From Akkermansiaceae bacterium (GTDB taxonomy: Bacteria; Verrucomicrobiota; Verrucomicrobiia; Verrucomicrobiales; Akkermansiaceae): DNA of 64,000 nt. Numbering within the stretch: the stretch's first letter is position 1; the number at the start of each line of letters is the position of its first letter. A program made the translations under genes and the position numbers. The notes below the pieces were generated by a model. That model had not been told where the DNA came from, did not search any database, and worked only from the letters and a program-made list of their open reading frames with translations. Where the stretch lies: assembly GCA_903919975.1 (NCBI GenBank), contig CAIXKE010000010.1:28114-92113 (forward strand). Direction: 5' to 3'. Below are positions 1-9,515 of the stretch, one piece after another.

Positions 1-285
1 ATCGCGGGCAGCCTCGCAGACGAGGGCGGCGAGAAACGCGTGGGACGCCTCGGCGGAGTGATCGAGTACGAGTTCGCGATCACCGGTGGCTAGAGGGGCC
101 AGGCGTGCGGCGAAATCCGGGTGGGTGACGGCGCGGCGGAGCCAGCCGTGTGTGGGAAGGTCCGTGCGGGACACGGGAGGAGTGTGGAGCGGGAAGGGGA
201 GAGTGAGAAGCGAGAAGTGAGAGAAGCTCTATGTGGGCTGGATGTGATTTCTGTGTTGGCTACGACGAGATGCAGCAGGAAATGA

Positions 286-702
286 TCACCCGGCTTGGTC
301 GGGCCAAACCCGAAAGCCCATGGATTCGAAGTGACGGTCGAAGCCAAATACACGCTTCAATCCAGAGCGTTTCATCAGGACCGCCGACAGGCAGTCGGTA
401 AATGAAACTCCCTGATCCGCAAACTTTCGCATCAAGACCAACGCCTTTGCCCAGTCCTCTTCGCCGGCCCGGAGCCACTCAATGCCCGAAGCCATGACGT
501 CTTGCCCCCATTGCGCTGCAAAAGCGTAATGGCTGCGCCGTGCAATTAGCGTGACGGACTCGTCGAGGATGTGTTCCGAGGAAACGAGTCGATATCCGCG
601 TTGCTCCACCTCGCTCCAAGATTGCCGCGCGCTCGCGTGAAATTGATCTCCGGCAATTTCCTTGGCTACAAAAGCTCCGGTGTCCACATACAAAGCAATC
701 AT
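286..702 (-). CDS. vapC: PIN-domain ribonuclease toxin, VapC family
   Basis: 138-aa ORF. N-terminal MIALYVDTGAF with the PIN acidic Asp, plus later SEHILDE and FTDC..GFDRHF motifs. Its ATG overlaps the upstream antitoxin stop by 4 nt. Confidence 0.8.
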   Translation of the reverse strand: MIALYVDTGAFVAKEIAGDQFHASARQSWSEVEQRGYRLVSSEHILDESVTLIARRSHYAFAAQWGQDVMASGIEWLRAGEEDWAKALVLMRKFADQGVSFTDCLSAVLMKRSGLKRVFGFDRHFESMGFRVWPDQAG

Positions 703-923
703 GGCCCGTAGAGATAGGTGTCGTGATTGGCCGCCGTGTCAACTGGCCCCGGCCCAGTCCATGGCTGGCGGGCAAAGAAGCGCGGGCGTTCTGGATTCGA
801 CGGTCCGTCATCCGACGCCAGACGACGACGGATCAGCTCGCTTAGCGAAATACCGAGTGCCTTGGCCTCGCGATCCGCGCGTCGGCGCAATTCATTAGGA
901 AGTAGGATGGTGGTTCTATGCAT
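699..923 (-). CDS. vapB: Ribbon-helix-helix (CopG/Arc-type) antitoxin, VapB-like
   Basis: 74-aa ORF. TILLPNELRRRADREAKALGISLSELIRRRL is a typical RHH beta-alpha-alpha signature. Translationally coupled to the PIN gene. Confidence 0.75.
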   Translation of the reverse strand: MHRTTILLPNELRRRADREAKALGISLSELIRRRLASDDGPSNPERPRFFARQPWTGPGPVDTAANHDTYLYGP

Positions 924-950
924 ATGGCACTCTTAGCTTTGGCATATGGC
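920..950. promoter_or_regulatory. Candidate VapB operator: two copies of GCATATGGC (palindromic CATATG core) 21 bp apart
   Basis: GCATATGGC at 920-928 (overlapping the vapB start codon) and GGCATATGGC at 941-950. A TTGACG hexamer on the sense strand lies just upstream. Confidence 0.35.
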
Positions 951-1320
951 TGCGTCAATCTCGGACTGGAAAAAATTTTGTTTGCAGTGGCTAGTGGGGC
1001 CAAGTGTTTGCTTGTCGAGTCAGTGGCTCACTTGAATTTTATTCATGTCTCACTTTGCTCGCCGAGTTATTTGGTGGCAAGCGGCAAGGGCGTGCCAGGA
1101 AGGATTCAGGTTTATACCAAACGAATGAAACGCGAAGCACCTCAAGGAGCGGCGGAATGTGTCCGCCGATGGCCATGATGGGGCCAATGAGGTGAGTGAA
1201 GCGCGTTTCATTGGCACTTCATTGGCAGGGCGATTCGGAACGGTAGCGCAGCGGACATAGCCGGAGGCAAATCGCCCCTCCATGCGGAATGATCCGCGCT
1301 CCAGTTTGGAGAATGGTCTA

Positions 1321-2505
<1,185 letters not shown>

Positions 2506-2508
2506 TCA

Positions 2509-2528
2509 TTGACGGGAATTGTCGTCAA
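2509..2528. promoter_or_regulatory. Inverted repeat TTGACG-N8-CGTCAA upstream of the DUF1778/GNAT pair (candidate promoter -35 and operator)
   Basis: Perfect 6-bp arms at 2509-2514 and 2523-2528, 16 nt upstream of the antitoxin ATG at 2544. Confidence 0.35.
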
Positions 2529-2543
2529 GTCCACCGTGCTGGC

Positions 2544-2867
2544 ATGAAATCAGCAAAATCCACGGGTCGGCGGGGTCGCCCGCATTCTGAAGAGGCTGGC
2601 ACGGTTCGGATCAGCCCGCGGTTTCCGTCGTCCACTGCCGCTTTGTTGGAAAAAGCTTCGGCGTTTCGAGGTCTGACCGTCACAGGCTTTGTCCTAGAGG
2701 CGGCACGAGTCGCGGCCGAGCGGGTCATCGCCGAGGAGACCCGCTGGCAACTCGATGAGGCGGAAACACGGACGCTGCTCGGGTTGCTGTCCAATCCACC
2801 CAAACCCAGCGCCGCAGCCCGCAAGGCTGCCGCACTCGCGGATGCCGATGTCACGATTCGCTCTTGA
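2544..2867 (+). CDS. DUF1778-family antitoxin (TacA-like, RHH C-terminal region)
   Basis: RISPRFPSSTAALLEKASAFRGLTVTGFVLEAARVAAERVI matches the DUF1778 pattern (one strand plus helices; 'tvs.Fv..aA...A..vi'). Overlaps the downstream GNAT gene. Confidence 0.7.
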   Translation: MKSAKSTGRRGRPHSEEAGTVRISPRFPSSTAALLEKASAFRGLTVTGFVLEAARVAAERVIAEETRWQLDEAETRTLLGLLSNPPKPSAAARKAAALADADVTIRS

Positions 2868-3345
2868 GTTACTCGACGCATTCCACGACCGGAGGAATTT
2901 TGAATCGGGCTTGGAAAGTATCGACCGTTACCTGCGCGAAACCGCCCGCGGACATACCGACAAGGGCGTGAGTCTGACGCGCGTTTTGGTTCATGCCGAT
3001 GCAGCGCCACCAAAGCCGGTCCTCGGATACTTCACTCTGACACCCTGCATGGTGGAAGCCGCCGGATGGCCCGAGGTGCCAAAGGCGCTGCCGCGAAATC
3101 CGGTTGGGGCGGTTTTGTTGGGCAGGCTTGGTGTTGCTACGGGCATGCAAGGCGCTGGCATCGGAAGCCGGTTGCTGTCACTGGCCCGGCGTATTTCCCA
3201 CGATTCTCTTACCTCCACCGGCGGCATCGGCTTGGTCGTTGATGCGGCAACCGACCATCTTGTGGTATTCTACGAACGCTACGGGTTCGTCAGGATATCA
3301 CCGGATTCGCTGCGGTTGTTTCTTCCCGCGCGATCACTGGTCTGA
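2842..3345 (+). CDS. GNAT-family acetyltransferase toxin (TacT/AtaT-like)
   Basis: VLLGRLGVATGMQGAGIGSRLLSLA is the acetyl-CoA binding motif A, and the C-terminus has YERYGF. Start (ATG 2842 or 2848) overlaps the antitoxin stop, the classic DUF1778-GNAT type II TA architecture. Confidence 0.7.
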   Translation: MPMSRFALELLDAFHDRRNFESGLESIDRYLRETARGHTDKGVSLTRVLVHADAAPPKPVLGYFTLTPCMVEAAGWPEVPKALPRNPVGAVLLGRLGVATGMQGAGIGSRLLSLARRISHDSLTSTGGIGLVVDAATDHLVVFYERYGFVRISPDSLRLFLPARSLV

Positions 3346-3590
3346 GCCTGAAATCCGCAGTTGAAGGCCGAGTTCGACGATTTTTTGCCAAGGATTACAC
3401 AGAAGGGATTTTGGGGCGAGGTCGGCCACCTCATTTCACCTAATGGGTCAAATCATAAATTCATATAACTCTTTGATAATCCGTAAAATCCATGTAATTC
3501 GTGGTTTTAATTGCGGAATTTAGAGTGAGTTTGGTTGCCAGCTGCTGGATAGTAGTCGTGGCTTGCGATTCGTTCGTTCGTCAGATTTTG

Positions 3591-4487
3591 TTATTTATCG
3601 GTGGATTTCGAGGGCTTGACGGCGGTGCGCTCGATGAACTCGATGATGGTTCCGGCGACGTCTTTTTTCGACGATTGTTCGATGCCTTCGAGGCCGGGGG
3701 AGGAATTCACTTCCATCACGACCGGGCCGTGATTTGAGCGGAGGAGATCGACGCCAGCGACGTTGAGGCCCATGGCCTTGGCGGCGGCGATGGCGACGGT
3801 CCGTTCTTGCGGGGTGATTTTGACTTTTTCGGAGGATCCGCCGCGATGGAGGTTGGAGCGGAATTCGCCTTTGGCGGCTTGGCGTTTCATCGATGCGACG
3901 ACCTTGCCGCCGACGACGATGCAGCGGATGTCAGCACCCTCGGCTTCCTTGATAAATTCTTGGACGAGGATGTTGGCGTTGAGGCCTTTGAATGCCTCGA
4001 TGACGGATTCTGCGGCGTTAGTGGTTTCCGCGAGCACGACGCCGACGCCTTGGGTGCCTTCGAGCAATTTGATGACGAGGGGGGCGCCGCCGCACATTTT
4101 GATCAACTCGCCGGTGGCGTCCGTGTGGTGGGCGAAGCCGGTGATGGGCAGGCCGATGCCTCGTTTCGCGAGGATTTGCAATGAACGGAGTTTGTCGCGC
4201 GAGCGGGCGATGGCCACGGAATCGTTGAGCGAGAAGACGTTCATCATTTCAAATTGGCGGACGACGGCATTGCCGTAAAACGTGTGTCTGGCGGCGATCC
4301 GCGGAATCACCGCGTCCGCCACGAGTTCCTCGCCATCCACGTAGATCCGTGGCTTGCGGGAGGTGATGTTCATGTAACAGCGGAGGTAGTCGACCACGCG
4401 GACTTCATGGCCGCGGGTCTCGGCGGCGGTCACGAGAGCGGAGGTGCTGTAGAGCTGCGAGTTACGGGAGAGGATGAGAATTTTCAT
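3591..4487 (-). CDS. rimK: Ribosomal protein S6 L-glutamate ligase (ATP-grasp)
   Basis: Full-length similarity to RimK recognisable by eye: MKILILSRN..., [70 protein letters not shown]. Confidence 0.9.
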   Translation of the reverse strand: MKILILSRNSQLYSTSALVTAAETRGHEVRVVDYLRCYMNITSRKPRIYVDGEELVADAVIPRIAARHTFYGNAVVRQFEMMNVFSLNDSVAIARSRDKLRSLQILAKRGIGLPITGFAHHTDATGELIKMCGGAPLVIKLLEGTQGVGVVLAETTNAAESVIEAFKGLNANILVQEFIKEAEGADIRCIVVGGKVVASMKRQAAKGEFRSNLHRGGSSEKVKITPQERTVAIAAAKAMGLNVAGVDLLRSNHGPVVMEVNSSPGLEGIEQSSKKDVAGTIIEFIERTAVKPSKSTDK

Positions 4488-4597
4488 GTGCTACAATGCG
4501 CGAATGCGTCCAATAGCCGATGGACCGGGTGGTCAATCAGAAAAGCAATCGATAACCGAGACTTGCCTGGAGGACTCTTACGCTCCATGGTCCGAGC

Positions 4598-4900
4598 ATG
4601 AACCCCGTCACCGAACGATTGAGAAATTTTCTGCAGTATGTGGCTGTGAAATTGATCGACGATCCCTCGCAGGCGCAATTGAAAGTGGCCGAGCTTGGGC
4701 CGAAAAAACTGCGTTTCAAGCTGGTGCTCGCTAGTGCGGATGTTGCGATGATGATTGGCCGCAATGGATTCACGGCATCGGCGATCCGAAATGTGCTGAA
4801 GGCTGCGGCGGACAAGGAAGGCGTGCAGGTTGCGTTGCAAATTCACTCGCATGAGGAGGAAGCGGAGTTGTTAGCGCGTGAGGGAGGGGGCGGAGCGTGA
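4598..4900 (+). CDS. KH-domain RNA-binding protein (UPF0109/YlqC-like)
   Basis: 100-aa ORF. The motif VAMMIGRNGFTASAIRNVL contains the GxxG KH loop typical of the UPF0109 family. Confidence 0.6.
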   Translation: MNPVTERLRNFLQYVAVKLIDDPSQAQLKVAELGPKKLRFKLVLASADVAMMIGRNGFTASAIRNVLKAAADKEGVQVALQIHSHEEEAELLAREGGGGA

Positions 4901-4946
4901 TGCTAATGATGGTTGCTAATCTCCGTCCTAGCCAAAATGCTGGCCT

Positions 4947-6572
4947 ATGAGTGAAACGCTGACACATCAAGAGATGCCGCCGGTGAATCCGGGATTTGAG
5001 TTCTTCAAGTTGGTCCTGCTCATCCTTATCAGCGTGGGAGTCGGCTGGGCTTCGTCGGCGAAGCTCGGGATCGGTCTCTGGCCCGGTGTGGTCATCGCCG
5101 CGTGCATCTTCGGGGTTTGTCTGTTTTCAATGATCAATCTCCGCGGTGCGCCGCCTGAGATAGGATACACCTTCGGGCTGAAGTTTTTCAGTGTGATGGC
5201 CTACAAGGTTATGAATTTCACGTTGGTGATGTGGTTAGCCAATGACATCGGGATTCCGAAGGAATACGGACTCACAGTGGTCTTTTGCTGGGCCATCGTC
5301 ATGTCTATCTCCACGCTGCTCGCTGGCTCGCTATCGGACGCGCTCGGCTTGCGGAAGACATTATTATTAGGCGTGAGCATTTGCGTGTTGGCGCGCTTGG
5401 TGATGGTGGCGACGTCCAATCAGGTGATTGCCTTGGGGGCCGGCCTTCTGCCGTTGGCGATTGGTGAAGCACTCTGCACTCCGGTGCTGGTGGTAGCGTT
5501 GCGTAAGTTCTCTACGGCGAGCCAGCGATCGGTGGCGTTTTCGGTATTTTACGCGATCATGAACTTTGGTTTCATGGTGGGATATTTTGTTTCCGACGGG
5601 GTGCAGAAGGCGGCGGGGGACGACAAGATGTTCACTCTAGATTTCGCCTTTTTATCGGGGGATTTCAGTGTCTATCGGATGATGCTGCTGGCGAGTATGG
5701 GAGTGGAGTTATTGATGTTTCCGTTGATTCTGATGCTCCGGCGTGGTGCGGAGATGACGGCAAACGGAATGGTGATCACTCCTGAGGAGGACAAGCATCC
5801 GGGGTATGGATTTGTGGAGGCCTCATGGCTGACGGTGAAGGAGGCTGCGGACCAGACGCTGAGTCTTTTCAGCGGATTGGTCCGGACTCCGGGGTTTCAC
5901 AGGTTGATTATTTTCCTGTTGTTGATCGGTTTTCTCAAGGTGGTCTTCAATGTGATGGACTACGTCTTGCCTCCATTCGCGGTCAAGGAGCTTGGCTCGA
6001 TGGAAACCGTCGGCCGACTTAATGCTATCAACGGAGTGCTGATCCTCGTGCTGGCCCCGGCGATCGGGATCCTGACGCAAAAGTATTCCGCGTATTCGAT
6101 GGTGATTATGGGTGGTCTTGTCACGGCGGGATCGTTTGTTTTCATGTTTCTTCCAAGCTCGGCTTTCCAAGGAATGGCCGATGGATGGGTGGGTAATGTG
6201 ATTGGACATCACTATCTGAAATTGGTGGGAGCGGTGAGTCCGTGGTATGTGATGATCGCGTTCTGGCAGGTCATGTTTTCGGTTGGCGAGGCGTTCTATT
6301 CACCGCGAGTGTATGAGTATGCATCGTCGATTGCTCCGAGAGGGCAGGAGGCTTCCTATGCATCGCTCTCATATGTTCCGCTGTTGATTGGAAAACTGAT
6401 TACCGCGTTGTTGGGCTTCCTCGGTGTGATGGCGTGGATGTGCCCCGAGGAGGGCCCGGGGAATCCTCAACTCGCATGGTTGATGATTGGCCTGATGGTG
6501 CTGGTGGCTCCGGTGGGTCTGCTGGTCTTCAAGCGCTTCATCCAAGTGAAGGAAGAAGGACGGAGCAGTTAG
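4947..6572 (+). CDS. Polytopic membrane transporter, MFS-like
   Basis: 541 aa with about 12-14 hydrophobic segments and a central hydrophilic loop. No substrate-specific motif recognised. Confidence 0.5.
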   Translation: MSETLTHQEMPPVNPGFEFFKLVLLILISVGVGWASSAKLGIGLWPGVVIAACIFGVCLFSMINLRGAPPEIGYTFGLKFFSVMAYKVMNFTLVMWLANDIGIPKEYGLTVVFCWAIVMSISTLLAGSLSDALGLRKTLLLGVSICVLARLVMVATSNQVIALGAGLLPLAIGEALCTPVLVVALRKFSTASQRSVAFSVFYAIMNFGFMVGYFVSDGVQKAAGDDKMFTLDFAFLSGDFSVYRMMLLASMGVELLMFPLILMLRRGAEMTANGMVITPEEDKHPGYGFVEASWLTVKEAADQTLSLFSGLVRTPGFHRLIIFLLLIGFLKVVFNVMDYVLPPFAVKELGSMETVGRLNAINGVLILVLAPAIGILTQKYSAYSMVIMGGLVTAGSFVFMFLPSSAFQGMADGWVGNVIGHHYLKLVGAVSPWYVMIAFWQVMFSVGEAFYSPRVYEYASSIAPRGQEASYASLSYVPLLIGKLITALLGFLGVMAWMCPEEGPGNPQLAWLMIGLMVLVAPVGLLVFKRFIQVKEEGRSS

Positions 6573-6692
6573 CTCAGAAGTGAAATGGCTTTGGTTGATA
6601 TTTTCAGATCCCTTTGTCCGTGGACAGCAGGCTGTCTCACGGAAAGCGGCAGCAGGCCGCGCGCAGTCCATGGCCTTCGGTGGCTTCTGGTT

Positions 6693-7188
6693 TCAGGTGA
6701 GGGGGGATTCCAGCTTGGCTACGGTGCCGCCTTCGTCCGCAGGATTGAGGGTGATGGAGCCGCCGTGAAGTTCGGCGGCTTCGCGGACGAGGGTGAGTCC
6801 GAGGCCGGTGCCTTTGCGGCCGGAGCCGGGGTGGCGTAAGGAGTAAAAGCGTTCAAAAATCTTTTCGCGGGCTTAGTTGGGGATGCCTTCGCCATGGTCG
6901 CGGATGCTGAGTTCAAGGCCGAGGATGCGATCGACCTCGCCGTCGCGGGCGGTTAGGAAGAGCACGGGGGATGGATGAGGTTTCGCGTAGGCGGCGGCAG
7001 ACATCGAGTCCGGTCATGTCAGGCAGGTCGATGTTGAGGATGGCGAAGTCATGCGGTTCGCGGGAGGCTGCGGCGAGGGCATCGGCACCGGTGAGGGCGT
7101 GGGTGACCGTGAAACATTCGGTTTCCAACGCATACACCAAGGCATCGGCGATGGCCGACTCGTCTTCTACCAACAGGACTCGTGGCAT
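6693..7188 (-). pseudogene. Decayed two-component system: OmpR-type receiver domain fused by deletion to the HATPase_c end of a histidine kinase
   Basis: The N-terminal region is a receiver domain (RVLLVEDE...ILNIDLPDMTGLDV). After a 1-nt C-run frameshift (plus-strand G5 at 6966-6970) it reads IPVLFLTARDGEVDRILGLEL. It then joins directly to SIRDHGEGIPN-TAA(6873-6875)-AREKIFERFYSLRHPGSGRKGTGLGLTLVREAAELHGGSITL, which carries the kinase G1/G2 boxes. Confidence 0.75.
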
Positions 7189-7439
7189 GGAGGGATTTCA
7201 ACGAGTCTCTGTGAAATGCCAATGAAGAAAGGATGAAATCGCGAGGAAAGGTAGGATGCCTGCTACCAAAACTGAGTTTGCACTACAGCAGGATTTGCCG
7301 TAAAAAAATCGCAAAAATCGCAAAAAAGCCTGGTTGTGTTAATTTTTTTGAGGGTTTTTGCGCCGCTTTGCGGCTGACCGAATGGATTCTATTTTGAGAC
7401 TGGTCGGTAACGATGCTGGATCAAGAATAATTGTTAGGG

Positions 7440-8495
7440 TTAGTCGAGGCAACGTTTGACTGCTTCGCGTTTCAGGCGGAGTTCGCGCCATTCGTTGACG
7501 AGGCGGCTGGCCTCGATAATCCCGCAGCCGGCCGGGATTTTGAGTTGGGTGCCTTCCCACCATACGCCGCGGATGGCGACGATGGCATCGAAGCGGCCTT
7601 GGTCCCAAAGTCCGAAGGGTGAGCCGAAGTGTGGCGGGCACCCGAGGCGGTCGCGCCATTTCAACAAGCTCGCCATGGTTCCATCCGTCCGTGGAAGAGG
7701 ACCGAGCGCGGGTGTCGGATGAAGCCGGCGTAGCAGGCTTTGCGGATCCATTTCCGCGTGCAGGTCCACCTCGATGCGGGTGAGGAAATGGACGATGGAC
7801 CCTAATTCGAGGATTTGGCGTGAGTGACGCGTGAGGTTGCCGAGGTCGAGGAGTTTTGAGACCAGGGTTTGGGCGACGTATTCGTGTTCGCGGATTTCCT
7901 TTTGATCGACTGCGAAAACATCAAGGTCGTCGATTCTTGCGGTGCCGGCGAGTGCCATGGTTTCGAGTTTTTTGCCATCCAGGGAAAACAGCAACTCCGG
8001 GGTGGCACCGGCAAAACCCGCGCCCGGGTGCACCCACCCGTATGATTGGAGGGGAGGCTTCCGGCGGGCCATGGCCGCGATGATGGTTTTTTCCGGGGCT
8101 TGGCTGGCGTGACCGGTTTCGGTGACGACCGGGACGGTTTTTTCGAAAACTCCGCTATGAATCGACGCCAAGATTTCCTGAAAGACCTCGGAAAAAGGAG
8201 CCGCACCGAGTGGATCCCATTCGTAACTCAAGTTAGGGACGTCAGTGAATCGCGCTGAAAATTCTGCCAGATTGGTGCGTTCGATGCGATGCGGAATCTG
8301 CCATGGTTGGCTTTCCCCTGGGGCGAAATTCTGCACGTAAAACGCCACTCCTCCGGGTGGTGGGGTGTTGGATGCTTGAAACGGGCCGTGACCGATCAGG
8401 ACGCTGCCATCCCGCCGAGCCAGCCATGCCATTGATTGGGAGGTGCTTTCCATGTGAGCGGCGCATAGGGTGGCTTGCATCCGATGAATGTGCAA
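7440..8495 (-). CDS. menF: Isochorismate synthase (chorismate-binding enzyme, MenF-like)
   Basis: ATPELLF, LAGT, DQKEIREHEYV, LHPTPALGPLPR and AGCGIIEASRLVNEWRELRLK match the chorismate-utilising enzyme C-terminal domain. The exact start is uncertain. Confidence 0.7.
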   Translation of the reverse strand: MHIHRMQATLCAAHMESTSQSMAWLARRDGSVLIGHGPFQASNTPPPGGVAFYVQNFAPGESQPWQIPHRIERTNLAEFSARFTDVPNLSYEWDPLGAAPFSEVFQEILASIHSGVFEKTVPVVTETGHASQAPEKTIIAAMARRKPPLQSYGWVHPGAGFAGATPELLFSLDGKKLETMALAGTARIDDLDVFAVDQKEIREHEYVAQTLVSKLLDLGNLTRHSRQILELGSIVHFLTRIEVDLHAEMDPQSLLRRLHPTPALGPLPRTDGTMASLLKWRDRLGCPPHFGSPFGLWDQGRFDAIVAIRGVWWEGTQLKIPAGCGIIEASRLVNEWRELRLKREAVKRCLD

Positions 8496-8521
8496 GTTTC
8501 ATCAGGCATCGTGTGCATTCG

Positions 8522-8998
8522 TTAGAATGCGTCCTTTACGTGATTCAGGCGCGGTTTTTTCCCCTCTTCCACGTAAATTTCGATCACGTCGAAGCGCCAT
8601 GGCAGATTGCGGGTGCCGAGGCGCTTGAGCCAGGCATTCGCGCCGCGTTCGATCAGGACCTGTTTTGGCTTATCTACGGCATCCAGTGGCCGAATTTTAC
8701 TTCCTTCGCGCCGCGTTTTGACTTCCACGAAGAGCAGCAACTTGCGATTCCGTGCGATGATGTCGACTTCGCCTTTTTTGGGTCCCCTGAAATTCCGCAT
8801 GAGGATCCGGGCACCTTTGGAGCGTAGGTAATCGACTGCGACCCGTTCGCCATAATCGCCCAGCCATTTGCGGCTGCGCAGCGAGCCATCAGGCGCCGTC
8901 AAACGGCAAGGTGCATTGAGCGACCGGCTGAAACGAGCGACGATGATGGCGACAAGGGCCGTGATTCCGAAGCGCTTCAAGATGGGCTTTGGTGCCAT
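8522..8998 (-). CDS. yraN: YraN-family (UPF0102) endonuclease-like protein
   Basis: GERVAVDYLRSKGARILMRNFR...GEVDIIA......FVEVKTR matches the YraN/restriction-endonuclease-like core. The only canonical starts (8998, 9016) overlap rnhB by over 100 nt. Confidence 0.7.
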   Translation of the reverse strand: MAPKPILKRFGITALVAIIVARFSRSLNAPCRLTAPDGSLRSRKWLGDYGERVAVDYLRSKGARILMRNFRGPKKGEVDIIARNRKLLLFVEVKTRREGSKIRPLDAVDKPKQVLIERGANAWLKRLGTRNLPWRFDVIEIYVEEGKKPRLNHVKDAF

Positions 8999-9512
8999 AT
9001 CCTTGGTGTTTCGCAAAGCCGAATTGAGGGAATTCGCGGTCGATTACCGCCATCAGGCGATCGCGGGTGATCTTGGCGATGATACTGGCCGCGGCGATGG
9101 AGAGTGACAGGCCGTCGCCTTTGACGATTGCATCGTAGGGAAACGGGAAATCGCGCAATGGTAGCCCGTCGATCAGGCAGTGGTCGGGGAGCGGGTTGAG
9201 GGCTTCCGCCGCCCTGCGCATGGCCAGATGGGTGGCGCGAAGAATGTTGAGGCGGTCGATTTCTTCACGGCTGGCGGTAGCAACCGCCCAAATGAGACCC
9301 GGTTCGCCGGTCAGTCGCTCGTAGATGGTTTGGCGTTTGGCGGCGCTGATTTTTTTAGAATCGTCCAGGCCGGGGCAGGAGAAACCGTGAGGAAAGATGA
9401 CTGCCGCCGCTGTGACAGGACCGGCCAATGGTCCTCTACCGGCCTCATCGATGCCGGCGATTCGTTGATAACCGCGAGTGTGTAGGGCGGTTTCGAAGGC
9501 CAGATCCGGCAC
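8889..9512 (-). CDS. rnhB: Ribonuclease HII
   Basis: IAGIDEAGRGPLAGPV, DSKK, ASIIAK..RD and the HRRSF.PV C-terminal motif. Confidence 0.9.
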   Translation of the reverse strand: MPDLAFETALHTRGYQRIAGIDEAGRGPLAGPVTAAAVIFPHGFSCPGLDDSKKISAAKRQTIYERLTGEPGLIWAVATASREEIDRLNILRATHLAMRRAAEALNPLPDHCLIDGLPLRDFPFPYDAIVKGDGLSLSIAAASIIAKITRDRLMAVIDREFPQFGFAKHQGYGTKAHLEALRNHGPCRHHRRSFQPVAQCTLPFDGA

Positions 9513-9515
9513 AGA

